Positions 31,154 to 48,072 of a DNA stretch of 64,000 nucleotides are shown here, one piece after another. A model generated the notes under the pieces. It ran no database searches. It was not told the DNA's origin and saw only the letters and a list, made by a program, of their open reading frames with translations. The translations under genes and the position numbers were made by a program. This stretch comes from the human T2T-CHM13v2.0 reference genome, Homo sapiens: the NCBI RefSeq assembly GCF_009914755.1, contig NC_060927.1; one strand, written 5' to 3'. How positions within the stretch are numbered: position 1 is the first letter of the stretch; each line of letters begins with the position of its first letter.

Positions 31154-32019
31154 ACATCAAAATAATCAGTATAATGTCCTAACTATAGTATAAAAGGAAA
31201 ATTTTTAAAAGTAAATTTATGATAAAATCACATGTATTCCAATATATAATTTCTCAGACATGACTACAATAGAAGACATTTTGAAGTAGTCAGGTGATTG
31301 CATCTACTTATAATGAGAATGTTTAGATTTAAGAAAAGAAAGATGATCAGAAGCCAACTATTCAAGGTAGTTGGAAGAAGAAAAGAACAGCAACATGAAT
31401 AGCACTAGAATAAAACCTGGTAAGATACATATTAATAAACCAAAATCCTTTGTGTAAGATAAGGGAAAGAGAAAAATAACATCGAATAAAGTAAGGATAA
31501 ATACAAAGATTAGTCACATGCTTTCAAAGTGGAAGAAATGAGTGAAAGTAGGATACCCTCACAAAGATACTCTCACAAATAAGCTAAGCTATAAGTGTAG
31601 TGTCAAAAGCATCCTTCTGTTATGACATGAGACAGTGCAAAAATATTATCATCTCTCCTGAAATCTCCCTACATGTTGAAGCATGCATTTAGTCTCAAAA
31701 TTTACAAAGACTCTAGAAAGCATAGCTTTTAATAGATAAAAATAAAGGGTCATTTTTAAGCAAGGAATTTCAGTACAAAAGACTAAAGAGAACTAGTGTG
31801 CTAGGCCTTTGGAGACAGTACTAGAGTAATGTTGAAAAGCAACAGGATCCCAAAAGCAATAACTAATTTCATTATGCAATTTCCAATATATATATTTAAC
31901 ATTGTGTCACTAAAAAAGATAAAAAATATATGTGATGACTATAATATGATCAATAATAATTTCATATTATTGATCAACACTATCTCCTCAAACAGAAGTC
32001 CTGATCCACCAGTTTCATA

Positions 32020-32614
32020 ATATGAAACTCTCTTAAGAAACAATAAAATTTAGCAAAATCCTCATTCTTCATGTGATTTCATTAAATAATATTTAATTTT
32101 AAGTTTATTCAAAAGAATTTTTTATTCTCTCTATTGTGAATGAACATCACAAATAACAAAATAGTCCAGATTTGTTATTATGGTAATTTAATACCATAAT
32201 CACTGTTGCTGTCAGTGAAATGATTTTCTGAAATGATGAATAATTCATGGTGAAGTCCCAAACAAAATACGTATAATCTTCACTGAATTAATGTTGTAGT
32301 TTTCCTGGAAAATTCAGTATATAATAAAATCTTGTGAAAAATACATAGTATTAACTTGTAAAATAGGTTTGCACTTAAATGATTTTAAATAGGTGCTTCA
32401 CCCATATGAGTGTCTGCCTGGGACATTTGAAAGTCATTCAGGACATACAAGACTGTTGAACAGGACTGTCCTGCACATTCCTGGAAATTAACCATGCCTG
32501 GTCCTTACTTGCTAAATATCAGAAGCTTCCCACCATAACCTTGACAACCCAAAATACTACCATCAATTTCCAAAAGACCCCCTGGGGGGCAGTGTAGCCC
32601 TGTTGAGAACCACT
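32020..32614. mobile_element. hAT-Charlie DNA transposon fossil (MER20B-like)
   Basis: Ends in the terminal-repeat-like ggggggcagtg...gttgagaaccactg; internal ggactgtcctgcacatt motif. The left boundary is approximate. Confidence 0.55.
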
Positions 32615-32625
32615 GTTCATCTCTA

Positions 32626-35825
<3,200 letters not shown>

Positions 35826-36625
35826 GAAATCTCTGGAATTTATCTCTTTCTCCTCCATTATTCTTGTCACAGAACACTCTTATCTTTTTCAGGAAAAAGT
35901 CCTAAAATATCTCAGAAAGGAACTCATGTCTCAGGCCTCAGTGCGCTCTAGCCTACTATATACTTATTTCAGACTTACCTTTCTAAAATATAAATCTGAA
36001 CTTCTGGTCAAGATGGTATACGATTTCATATAGAAGACCACCTTTCTGCCTCTTGCCTTCACTCCAAAATAGCAAAGACATAATACAAGAAAATACGCAA
36101 ACACACACTTTTCCTCACATACAAATGACTCCAGAGGGAGAAAAAAAAAACAGAGAAAAAAAAATACAGGGATATAAGCAGGATATAAGCAGTAGCTCTG
36201 AAATCCATAACAGGCAGACAGTTTTCACCTCTACTATGACAACAAGGATGAAAGTCCCTAATCATTGTGGGGAAAGAGAGCAGACAGGCCCACTGAGTCA
36301 AGCGAGATTGTCCTGCCATGAGGGCTTCCCCAACCCATTAACCAAAGTCAGTGCATCATCACTATTGGAGGCCTTCACAGAGCCATTGCCTAGAGTGGCC
36401 AAGAAGGAACAACAGGAACTGGACCAAATTTCTTATTACTGATCAGCATTAGTTCCTCAAACAAAAGTCCTGATCCACCAATATAAAATTGTTCTTGAGT
36501 GGGGAACCCTGCTGAAACCCACGGAAGCACCAGACACCAAGAGTCAGGAAGATGACAGAAAGGTGGGGAAGGTGGGGAAGAAACTTCTGCATAAGATAAA
36601 CTTGCAAACTAAAATTCCAGAACAC

Positions 36626-36927
36626 TGTGAAGCATGGTGGCTGACACCTGTAATCCCAGCACTTGGGGAGGCCAAGATTGGCAGATAGCTTGAGGCCAGG
36701 AGTTTGGGAGCAGCCTGGCCACAAGGTGAAACCCTATCTCTACTAAAAATGCAAAAATTAGCTGAGTGTGGTGGTGTACACCTGTAATCCCAGCTACTCA
36801 GGTGGGTAAGTCATGAGAATCGCTTGAACCCAGGAGGCAGAGGTTGCACTAAGCCAAGATCACACCATTGCACTACAGCCTGGGCAACAGAGTGAGGCTT
36901 TTCTCAAAAACGAACAAACAAAAAAAA
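36626..36927 (+). mobile_element. Alu (AluSz/Jb-like)
   Basis: Full dimer with a caaa-rich tail, flanked by the direct repeat cagaacac. Confidence 0.92.
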
Positions 36928-36929
36928 TC

Positions 36930-37600
36930 AGAACACATAGCAGAATAAGATGAAAGATGGCCAAAATAATTGTAAAACATTCAACAAACGGGAAGACCCA
37001 ATTCTAAGCAAATAAAAAATAATCTAAAAGTCTTCTAGAAAAATACATGTCCTTAAAATTCTCAAAAGTTTTAAAAATGGAATAACATCCCAAAAAGCCA
37101 AAACAAAAACTACATACAACTTAAGTAGCTATGCATCAAAGACAGGAGAGATTTTGAAAAAACAATGAGAAAGAAGAAAAGGAGAACGAGAAGATATGAA
37201 TGGCAGGAGAAGCAGCCCTTAGTAATCCTAGGAATTAAAATTGTAATCATTATTATTAAAAAATTATAGATTATATAAATCCTAGCCAAAGGGTATTAAT
37301 GAATTGGAGGAGAATATACAAAAATTAAACCAAAGCCAGCATAAAAATATGAAGATTGTTTTTAAATATGAAAAGGATTTAAGAGTCATGGAGGATAGAC
37401 TAAAATGCTCCAACATGATGCTAATCAGCATTCCAGACATGGAGATCAGTGAGAATGAATAAGAAGTCACAGCTGAAAATACACTGCTGTTGATTTTTCC
37501 GAATTGCAGAAAAAGGTAATCCTCACATATAAAGAACATACTAGTTACTGAATAGTATAGTTAAAAGTAAATACACACCTGGACATGCCTGGTACCCAGA
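36930..37600 (+). mobile_element. Ancient L1M ORF1-like fragment
   Basis: A-rich; aagagtcatggaggatagactaaaatgctccaacatgatgctaatcagcattccaga resembles L1M ORF1. Confidence 0.5.
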
Positions 37601-38022
37601 CAGACAAGTAGAGCAGTGAAACAGATAGGAAAGGGTCTCCAAGCAACCCCATTCCTACATGGGCACTCAGTATGTGACACAAGGAGTGGTACAGATTAGC
37701 CAATTGTTTTCAGCTTTGATAGTTTAGTGACAGCTGTATGAAAAGAAGAACTCTCACTTCATATTTTAATACATTTATATTTAGGGATTTTTTGACAATT
37801 AAAAGAAAAGTGAAAATAAATTGCACTATTACTCCCCTAGAGTTTCCCTGTAATCCGCACTATGTGAGTCTCTAAAATGCCTTATGAAATGCCATTCTAA
37901 AATTTTTCACATCAATAAACCCTTTGGGCCATTTGAGGAAAACCATCCCATTTTTAAAGTAGTGATAAAATAGAGAGCACGATGCCTGGATACAACTGGG
38001 AGACTAACAGAAGAATATTTTA

Positions 38023-38267
<245 letters not shown>

Positions 38268-38681
38268 TTATTATAATTACTAAAAAAGACATAAAAAAGT
38301 TAAAGGACAATCCACATGAGAAAACTTAAGTCCCAACTAAAATAGTGCGTTAAAAAAAAATCAGGGGACCAATTTACGATGTTAAAGAGAAAAGACAATT
38401 TTTTTTTTTTTTACAAACTGTACATGAAATAGAACTGGAATGTCTCAGGCAACTCTAACTGTTTTTGAGTCTCTTATCTGTCTGCATTTTTTAACTTAAA
38501 ATCAATTTTAAACATTATTATACAATGAAATAGAGCATCAGCATAGTCATGGCTTATCTGTGGTCAAATGAAAGGAATTTCAACCAGACCCCTTCTTAGG
38601 AGAAATTTCCATACCTGGAGATGGGTGCTTGGTTTAGGTACTGGAACATAGGGTATCAGACTTTCCACAGACCAAGACATT

Positions 38682-39209
38682 TGAAATAAACCAAATATTT
38701 CACCCTAAAAATTTTTTTTATGTATTTCAAGATGACTATTGAGAGGGCTGGAAATACAAGAATAGCTGAGAAGCTGTCTTTTGTGGGAGATTTGCATCTC
38801 TAGAGAAAGTCTGCACTGCTGCAGCCAGGCTCTATCTGAGGACCTTTCCTGGTTTGATCTGGGAAAGATTAACTGAGGTCTGAAAGAAACATTTATTTTG
38901 TTTCAGGGCTGCTTCCTGTGAGGTTTTGTCTGCATAACAAGACCACATTGGCTAGCCAGGCCTCCTTTTCTCTTCCTTCAATAACCTGTTCTGCCATGAC
39001 CCAAACCTCTATTTTTTCTAAAATCTCAAGGTGATGTAAAGGTGTCAACAATCTTCCTTTTCTCTGAGATCTTATACTGAGATTTCATAAAGTCCTCCTG
39101 TACATGTTAATAAATTTGTATGCCTTTTCTCCTATTAAACTGCCTTTCGTGAGTTGATTTTCAGTGAACCTTTACAGAGTAAAGGAAAAGTTTTCCCTTG
39201 GTCCTGACA
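38682..39209 (+). mobile_element. MER34-family ERV1 solo LTR
   Basis: aaccaaatatttcaccctaaaa start, tgtgggagatttgcatct, aataaatttgtatgccttttctcctattaa, ending ttttcccttggtcctgaca. Confidence 0.8.
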
Positions 39210-39502
39210 CATTTTACAGGGAAGAGGAGAAATTAGACAAGCTTCTAGAAGACAGTGTGGGCCAGCCAAACAGGGGGAAACCTGGAAGAAATGCAATCAC
39301 ACTCACACAGAAAAATGTATTTGTTCCCAAAATTCACCTTCTTTCCCGCAGTCATAGCAGCAGTGGAGAGGAGTCTGGAACCATAGTTCTAGATACTCGC
39401 GCAGTGACTGGATTCCCGGAACATAGTTGGAGTGAGTATAACGAGAAAGTTTAAAAATCCAAAACTGCAGCTCAGCCCCTTCCCAGCTGAAACATAGCTA
39501 AG

Positions 39503-39505
<3 letters not shown>

Positions 39506-39534
<29 letters not shown>
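39506..39534 (+). repeat. Pure A29 homopolymer
   Basis: Read directly from the sequence. Confidence 0.95.
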
Positions 39535-39538
<4 letters not shown>

Positions 39539-39829
39539 GCTGTACTAGATATTGGAAGTTGGGCTAGTCGCAGATGAACTCAATCTAGTTAAAGCTGTGG
39601 CCCAACCTGGAACAACTCAACTATAAAAGGAATCTGAGCAATCACCTTGTCTGAGAGATGAAACGCCTCTATTGCTCTTCTTATCACAGTGTCTGGAACA
39701 CAAACAGCCAATAAGCAGAACTACAGATGACCCCATTACCTAAGGTGCAGATAGAAGTTTAAAACAATTATTGTTAATATATTAAATAATAATATAGTAG
39801 GTAAAGAGCATTTAAAGAGAGAAGAATCA

Positions 39830-40950
39830 CATAGACTTCTACAACCAAAAAAAAATACTGTACTGTATTTTACATTTCAAAATGTACTGGATAAGATTAA
39901 CAGCAAATTGCACACAAATAGTACATAAAAGACTAAGTGAACTTGAAGACAGGCCAATCGAAATTACATAAACTGTAGAAAAAAATAAAATAGTTTGTAA
40001 GGAGAGAATCATCTGCATTCTGTAAGATATATTTAAATAGTCTAACGCATGTATAATTAAAGTCACAGAAGAAAAAGGGAATAAAACAGAAAAATATTTG
40101 GAAGAAATTGTAGTATTTTGCACATTTGATGGGCAAAACCTCAAGTCACAGATTCAAGAAGCCCAACAAATCCTGAGCAAAATAAATATTTTAACAGAAA
40201 CCACAACTACAAACGTCATAGTTAAATTGCTAAATATGAAAGATAAAGTTTTTAGAAGCAGCTACAGGAGAAAGTCACAGTGCATATAGAAAAACAATGA
40301 TAAGAATAATCAATGACTTTTCATAAGAAACAATGGTAGCCAGAAGACAATAAAATGACCTCTATAAAGTACTGGCAGAAAAACTATTTGCCTAAAATTC
40401 CATATCCATCAAAAATATACGTTAAAAACCAAGGTGAAATAAAAGTATTTGCAGATAAAGGAAAGCTAAAATAATGTTTGCCAATACTTTCATTTTACAA
40501 GTACTTTAAAAAGTTATTTAATTTGAAGGAAATTAAGCTATATGAAAACTTGGAATTACAGGGAAGTGAAAAACAGTAGAAACAGTAAATATGAAGGCAA
40601 ATTAAAAATACTGTCTTATTTAATTCTTTCAAAAATAATTGCTTAAAGTAAAAACTACAAGACTGCATTGTGGGGTTTATAATATAGATGGAAGAGTTAT
40701 ACATAATAAAACAAAGGAGAGGAGGGGTAAATGTAGGTTCTCAGATTGTGTGTGAAGTGGTATAATATTAATTCAATGTAGACTGTGTTAAAGATGCATA
40801 TTGTAATACATCTTTATTATAATGTAACTATTTATTAAGGGTTCCTAGAGCAAGCATTAATACATTTAAAAGAGGTATAGCTAAAAAGCTAATAAAGGAA
40901 ATAAAATGGAACTTTTAAAAGCATTAGATTAAAAGTACTTTAAAAAGTAT
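39830..40950 (+). mobile_element. Ancient L1M ORF1/inter-ORF fragment
   Basis: ORF 40098..40289 (QIQEAQQILSKIN...VIVKLLNMKDK) is ORF1p-like; gactttcataagaaacaatggtagccagaagacaa-like motif. Confidence 0.7.
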
Positions 40951-41042
40951 GTAAAAGCACTTTTATAGTATTGAAAGTACTTTTAAAAGAAGTACACCTC
41001 TTACTGAGGATATCGTTTATAATTGGTTTATAAAACTAATTA

Positions 41043-41511
41043 TTATCAGTCTTCCATCACTGCTGTAACGAATTACCTCAAAAACATAAGTGTATTATCT
41101 TACACTTCTGTACGTTGACACAGTTCTCACTGGGCTAAAATTAAGACGTCAGTAGGACTGCGTTCCTCTCTGAAGTTTATGGGAGAATTTGTTTTATTTT
41201 TCCATCTTCTAGAAACCACGCATCATTTCTTGGCTCTTGAGCCCCTTCCTTCATTTTCAAAGACAGCAACTGTCTGACCCTTTTTCTGGTCATCACATTT
41301 ATCTCTGACTGACTACAGCTAGAAAAGTTTCTCTGTCTTTAAGGGTTTATGTGATTAGACTGGACCACCTTGATAATCTCCCCATATCAAGTCCTTAACC
41401 TTAATCACATCTACAAAAGTCTATTTTCCTCATAAGGTAGCATATTCCTAGGTTCTAAGGATTAGGATTAGGATCTGCACATCTTTGGGAGCCATTATTC
41501 TGCCTACCACA
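41043..41511 (-). mobile_element. MLT1D-like MaLR solo LTR
   Basis: gctgtaacgaattacc...ctgggctaaaattaag...ttaatcacatct...ccattattctgcctaccaca. Confidence 0.8.
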
Positions 41512-42380
41512 ATTGGCAAGGTAGTAGGACACAAACACAGGCTCAAGTCTGGAAATAGAACTAAGCCAATAGCTGGCTTGGTGATTGGATCTGCAATATC
41601 ACCAAAATTATATCAGTGTAGAGGCACCAAAATACATTAAAACACTTGGTTCTCACTGGGGACCTGGAGCCTATGTGGAAACAAAAAAAACACTTATTAG
41701 AGAGGAGCAAGCAGAGAAGGAGATAAAAGGGGGAAAGAAACTACCATTCAAAATGAGGCTAAAAATCAAAATACTAGGACCACATCTAAAGCTCTGAAAG
41801 ACAACCAGAAAAAATATATAATCAGAATGTTAATATAATGAAGATAAAATTAATTTTATTAAAAAACTGACAAAGAATTTATAATCAATATTTACAGTAT
41901 TTAAATTGACAAATGAATCATATCCATGAAAAAAGAATTAAAATCTAAGAAATTCAACTTGCAAAAATAAAATAAAAACATGGTATTACTTAAAAGAAGT
42001 AATTACATTTTTAAGTGACACAGAGGTGAAAGTGTGTCCAATGTAAATCTCACAGGAATATAATAAAAGCATGAAGGAAACAATGCAGAAGTAATATTTA
42101 AAGAGGTAACTATTCAAAAGAGTAAAATCATAATAGAACTGTAATTGTCAAGGATGAAGAGTCCTAAAAGCTGAAATAAATAACCAATTACCTTTGAAAT
42201 GAACACAAATTAAACTCACAATGAGCACTGAAATTGCATTACTAAACTAGATAAGGGCAATACGAGAAAAGAAAATTATAGAATAATTACACTCATGAAC
42301 ACAGATGCAAAAATTCTTTTAAAATACAGCAAACAATAAAATTTAGCACTGTGTTTTTATTTATTTATTTTTTTAAGAAG

Positions 42381-42518
42381 TGTCAGGTAAGGGCATTCGG
42401 GATGTTGCAAGTCCTGATTACACAGAAACGTTAATCACATATTATGCGAACCCCAATCATCATGTTCTAATCTGCCTTGCAAAAGGAGGAACATGTAAGA
42501 ATTCTCCCACCTGACGAT
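42381..42518 (-). ncRNA. U8: U8 (SNORD118-family) box C/D snoRNA retrocopy/pseudogene
   Basis: The reverse complement reads ATCGTCAGGTGGGAGAATTCTTACATGTTCCTCC...GGCAGATTAGAACATGATGATTGG...GTGATTAACGTTTCTGTGTAATCAGGACTTGCAACA...CTGA, which matches U8 as I recall it. Box C at 42457-42463, box D at 42383-42386, A-rich tail at 42354-42374. Confidence 0.92.
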
Positions 42519-42794
42519 CAGTACAATGTTCTTAAAAGGACATCATAAACAAATAGGGTTCACCCAAGGAGTGCAAAAATGAAGTGTCTTTAGGAAGTCT
42601 ATTAAATTTAATATACCACATTAACAGAATAAAAGGGAAATAATATGTACAATTCTCAGTTGTTCACATATAGCAACTCAATAACAAAAATGATTTTGTA
42701 AAATGTAATTTGACTATATTAAAACAAAAAACAAAGCAAACCAACAAAACCACTAGCAAACAAAGAAGGGACTGGAACTTTTCTAATCTGATGT

Positions 42795-43260
42795 ATTATT
42801 GGGGTCCAGTCAATAAGATAGATCCCATACCAAGTTGTCCTGTTTACAGAATTTAACATAAGGAACTAGTTACAGAGGTGTGGAGAGAGTGCAAAGTCCT
42901 AAAAGGTGACAGACATTAATGAAGCAGGAAGCTATAACATTCCTAATGTGAGGTACAAAAGGAGGAGGTAATGTAGGTAGATGCCAAGACCTAAGGCTAC
43001 CAGGCAAGGGCTGGATGTATATAAAGACTCTGGCATGAACGAGGACCATGGAAAAAGGAACTGTCTCTAGGAGATGAAACTCCTGTCAGATACTACCTGA
43101 AGAAGCATCAAGAGTAGGAGAGAAACTTCCCAACTTCACTTTTTCTTCCATTCCTGTCTCCTAACAGCGCATTCTATTGGCCAAACATAGCAGAAGCCCA
43201 GTTGGGAGTGTCTGGGAGATGCAGTTTGCAAGAAAAAGGCAGAGATCTAAGAACAAACAG
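42795..43260. mobile_element. Old LTR-like insertion (ERVL/MaLR, family not resolved)
   Basis: Interrupts the L1M sequence; contains gaatttaacataaggaactagttacagagg and cattctattggccaaacatagcagaagccca. Confidence 0.4.
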
Positions 43261-43577
43261 TAATGACCAACATAACTTGATAAAGGATATCTATCAACAA
43301 GCCAAACAAACTTTGAAGATATTTCTTTAACATTAGAAACAAGAAAAGAATATATTCATCATGACTTCCATTCAACAGCCTATTGGAAGACCTAGAAAAA
43401 CAAATGAAACGATAGTAGTAACAGGAAAGGAATATAAAAAAACAGCACTTATATCCTGACAATATAATTGTCTACACAGAAAATCCAAGATAATTCTTAA
43501 ACCTACCATTCAAATTAATGACAGAGGTAAGGATTGCTGAATATATAATAAAGTCAATGAACAAAAATAGGCCTTCT

Positions 43578-43838
43578 GGGGGTATGGCTAATGCATACAA
43601 AAAAAATAGAAAGAATAAATAAGACCTAGAATTTGCTAGCACAACAGGATGACTATACTAAAAATAATTGAATTGTTCTTCTTAAAATAACTAAAAGGAT
43701 ATTAATATAAATGCTTGAGGTGATGTATACCCATTTACCCTGATGTGATTATTACACATTGCATGCCTGCATCAAAATATCTCATGTAACCCATAAATAT
43801 ATATACCTACTATGTACCCACAAAAGATAAAATTTTTA
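43578..43838 (+). mobile_element. L1MA1-3-type 3' end (short 5'-truncated insertion)
   Basis: aaatgcttgaggtgatg...tatctcatgtaacccataaatatatatacctactatgtacccacaaaa. TSD aaaaataggccttct (43563-43577) / aaaaacagtccttct (43839-43853). Confidence 0.85.
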
Positions 43839-46799
43839 AAAAACAGTCCTTCTATTACCATTAATAAGCAATTACAAAATGTAAAAGAAAAAGATACCAT
43901 TCTCTACAGCAATACATCAAAGGGTACTTAAAATTAACACAAACTATGCAAGACTTTTATAGAGAACTTTAGAAGACATTATTGAAGATCTGATTAAAAG
44001 AACAGTGATACTATATTTATGAATCTCAGGGATCAACACCTTAAAAATGTCAAATGTCCCCAAGTTAACATAAAAGTTTAATGTAATTCCAATCAAAATC
44101 CTAACAAGGTCTTCCATGCAATTTGATAAGTTTATCCTAAGAAAATATGAAAGATCAAATGGGCAAAAATAATGAAGAAAAAATTAATGAATAAGAACTA
44201 AAGACCAGATATGAAGACATTTATTGTAAGGTTTTGTCATTCAAGCTAGGAGAGCACTGGCAGAGATAAACTAGCAGACCAGGAGCAGAATAGAATCCAG
44301 CAAATAGACACAAGAATATGTAAACTAGATATATGACAGAAGTGGCATTGCCAATAATTCAGTAAATGGGGCTATGACAATTGGTTATCCAAAGGTAAAA
44401 CATTAAATAATATGCCTATCCTATGCCATACTCCAAAATAAATCCCAAGGAATTAAAGCCAAAATGTTAAAAACAAAAATTTTTAATGTTTAAAAGAGAA
44501 TATAGAATATGTTTATAACCTTGTTATAAAAAAGAATTCTTAAACAATACAAATTACATAAACCACAAAGGAAGATATTAATAAAGTGGACTTTAATACA
44601 GCAAAGGGTAAAGTCTGAAAGAAGGTATTTGCAACACGTCACTGAAAAAGAACTAGTACCTAGAATAAATGCAAAAATTCCTGAAAATTAATAAGAACAA
44701 TGTTCACAACCAAATTTTAAAATAGGTATGGAATTGGAACATATTCAAGTCACAGAATAGGAAATCTAGATGGCTAACAAACATATGAGAAGATAATCAA
44801 ACTGACCAACAACCAGAAAAACACAAAATAAAAGAGTAACATTTACCATTTCCCACCCATAAAATTAATGAAAACGTGGCGACCTGCCAATACCGAGGTT
44901 TGGCAAGTATGTTGAGAAGCAATCACAGAATTATAAAATTGGTGCAAATACCTTGAGAAGCAACTTGTCAATATCTAATAAAGTTGGTTTACATACCCTG
45001 CATAACAAACTACTCCAATAGCCAGTGATGTAAAGCAGTAATTATGCTCACAGCTCAGTTAGAAAATGGATGAATGTTACTGTATATTCATATAAAGGCC
45101 TACTATGTGATACTTTAAATGAATGAGCTAAAGCTATATGTATCAACATAAATAAATCTCTAACATATATTTGGAGGGAAATAAGTTGCAAAAGAACGAT
45201 ATTTAATATAATACCATTTATATAAATTATAGAACCGTGAAAAACAATGTTCCAGGGTGCTTAAGATTAAATACTTGCATGGTAAAAAGTCATGCACAAG
45301 AGAAATAAACACTAAATTCAGGATAATGGTTACCTTTGAAGAAGAAACAAGAAAAATAAAACTAAAGAAGGGCATACAGGGTATAGGGGATCTTAACTCT
45401 ACAATGTTTAATTTATTTCTTTATGATGTTTTTGAAAAAAAGATAGCTGAAGAAAACATGCCAATATCTTAAGATTTGTTAAAGCTTAGTTCTATATGTA
45501 CGTCAGCTCATAATATTATTTTGTAAATTTGAAATATTTCTTAATTTTAAAAAAGAACTAAGATATATAATTATAGCCTACAACTAAAATGCTAAAAACT
45601 TATACATACTCAGGTAACAAGAACTTTACAAGAATATGAGAAAATGTAAGCAGAGCTATTGAGGGAATATTTTGCCATTTTAATTTTCATTGGTGGTGTT
45701 ATAATACATTTTTACAATAAGAAGTTATATAAAAGATCTACAGAACTTAGATGGGTAAACTGAAAAAAGTTAAAAGATCATTGGGGTTCACGGTTGTTTT
45801 GGTTTTTATCCTCCCCTAAAAATATTTAATCAAAATATAATACATTGTAGTAGATTTAGCTCAATTTTAGATAATACTTTATCTGATCAATTAATTTAAG
45901 TAACCAACATAGATTAGTCTAAGTAGAAGACAATCTTTTTTAAAAACATCTATAATATATTATATCCTTTTTGATTGGACTATCCATACACACTCTTTAG
46001 CCTGTAATCTACAGATGCAGTCTTTTGTCCATGGAATATTAAATAAAATGTTAAATTTGAACCAAATATGGCAAGAGCATTTTCATGGCCCTGTGTGTTT
46101 ATTATAATAGCCTGTCAGACAAGCAGATTAGCTGACACAAAAACACCACTTCCAGAAAAGTGATTTTGGGAAAGCCCATGGATATTCCGACGGTTTCAAA
46201 TTCCACAGTAGTCCCTCTAGACAGTTAATCGGCAACATATTCTATGTCACTCCTTCAGGCATCTGTGCTAGAACCTGTATCAGCCAAAAGTCTATTTGCT
46301 TATATAAAAACCTAAGTAATAGTTTGAGGTCATGCTGGGAAAACTCAGAGCCAATAAATTCAGCCCCACTGTACTTATGTCATGGTCTGCAGATGATGGT
46401 GCTGGCCCGAGGTGCCCATTTACGGTCCAACTGTACAATAGACATATGAGAAAACACCGCAAAACTTAAAAATACCCATTCTGTTATGTGTTTTCTTATG
46501 ACACAGTCACCACACTTGGAAGAGTCAACCATATTGTCAAGAGGAGACTGGCTTGGCTTGAGACAAGAACTGGGTGTGCCCAGCAGTGCCAGGCTGCCGC
46601 CAGATGGGAAGCCGTAGTTGACTTCAGAAAAATATGTATCAGGAGTCAAGTAGAACCCCAGCCACAGAGTGAGGTTCAAGGGCACAGCTTAAAGCCCTAG
46701 TGATATAGTAGACTGAGAAGAAAAATGCCGGAACACAGGAGAAAAATAAATTTAGCACCAACCAGTTTGTAAGGCAGGACCTGGGGCACATGGATCAAG

Positions 46800-46880
46800 T
46801 CATTCAGGTATCAATTGTGAAACAGACCTTTACTGAGGGCCACTGTATGCCAGGCTCTGTGCTGGGTGCTGGACACAAGG
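46800..46880 (-). mobile_element. L2 3'-end fragment
   Basis: tttactgagggccactgtatgccaggctctgtgctgggtgctgg. Confidence 0.65.
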
Positions 46881-47144
46881 ACCCACTTTTTTTTTTCTTT
46901 TACCAGGGCCTAAGAATTACTATACTTTTATATGCAGGTAAGGTTATTGAAAGTCTACAAGATACTGGTAACAGAGATTGCTACTGCTGAATTAAAGGTA
47001 AGAATTAGGCACTAGTGAAAAAAATCAGGTATATTTTACCTTTGCAATCTTCAGTAATACTTCACTTTATCACTATGAGCTTATATTAGTTTAAGCGTAA
47101 TTTATAATTACATCGTTTCTTTAAAATAAAATGATTGCTACACA

Positions 47145-47255
47145 ATCACATTTTCAGATGTGTGAACTGAGGCCTAGAGACATGAAGTGACATAAATTTA
47201 CATGTCAAATTAGTGCTACAGCCAATGGTAGAACTTGGGCTTTCTTGTTCCAACT
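47145..47255 (-). mobile_element. MIR fragment
   Basis: cattttcagatgtgtgaactgaggcctagagacatgaagtgac. Confidence 0.7.
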
Positions 47256-48072
47256 AGTGTTTTGTTTTATGTTTTTGTGTTTGTTCTGTTTATGTTTACA
47301 CATTTTGATCAAGATATATACCGTAAATATAAATATATTCAACTGGATGTGGGCAGAGTCCAGGAAACATTTTCTTAAATTTTGAGAATTAAGGAAGGAA
47401 ACTATTTGATCTATTATAAATTGCTTTTAAGGCATATTTTCATAATGTTCTATTTTAAAGACTAAACACCTGTGTTGGTTTTAATAATCACATTTATGTC
47501 TGAATTCTATAAATACTGCAAAGTAATGGGAACAGCATGCAGCCAATATTGCAGAAACATATTAAGATTTGGTAGAGAGCTTCCATTTTACAAGAACACA
47601 AACAAGAACATTAAAGCCTTGCTCAAGGAAAATTTGTTCAAGCTTCTTCAAAAATTGTCTCTAAAATGTCAGAAACAAGTCTAATTTACCAAGTCCTGCT
47701 GTCCAGCTGGGACTTTGCATCATTCTTTCCCGTCATGTTGTTCCTGGGCCACACCAACCTTCACACTCTCCCACTGTGTTCGCCACTAGATTTCCTCAGC
47801 TGATTTCAGTCAATAATGATTGCATTCAAGGAGCCCTGCCCACGTTCAGCTTTCAGGAATACTTACTGATTTGACACTCTCATTTTTGCTTTTGCTTTAA
47901 ATCCTCAGCCTTAATTTGTCTATGTTTTTATCTTCTATCTAATCTTATTTCTTGATGATTATTTAGTCAGATAAAATTGTAATTTGATAGGCTGTATTTA
48001 AGATTCACAAAAATGTCATTACATTTTTCTTTCCATTTTTCTTTTACTTAATGTTGGTCAAAATTAAGTGGG

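Larger units (their letters stand above)
42240..45550 (+). mobile_element. Ancient L1M ORF2-to-3' UTR fragments, interrupted by younger insertions
   Basis: Colinear degenerate ORF2 motifs (catgaacacagatgcaaaaatt; aatgtaattccaatcaaaatcctaacaagg; gatggctaacaaacatatgagaaga) and an L1ME-type 3' end at ~45100-45550. Confidence 0.65.
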
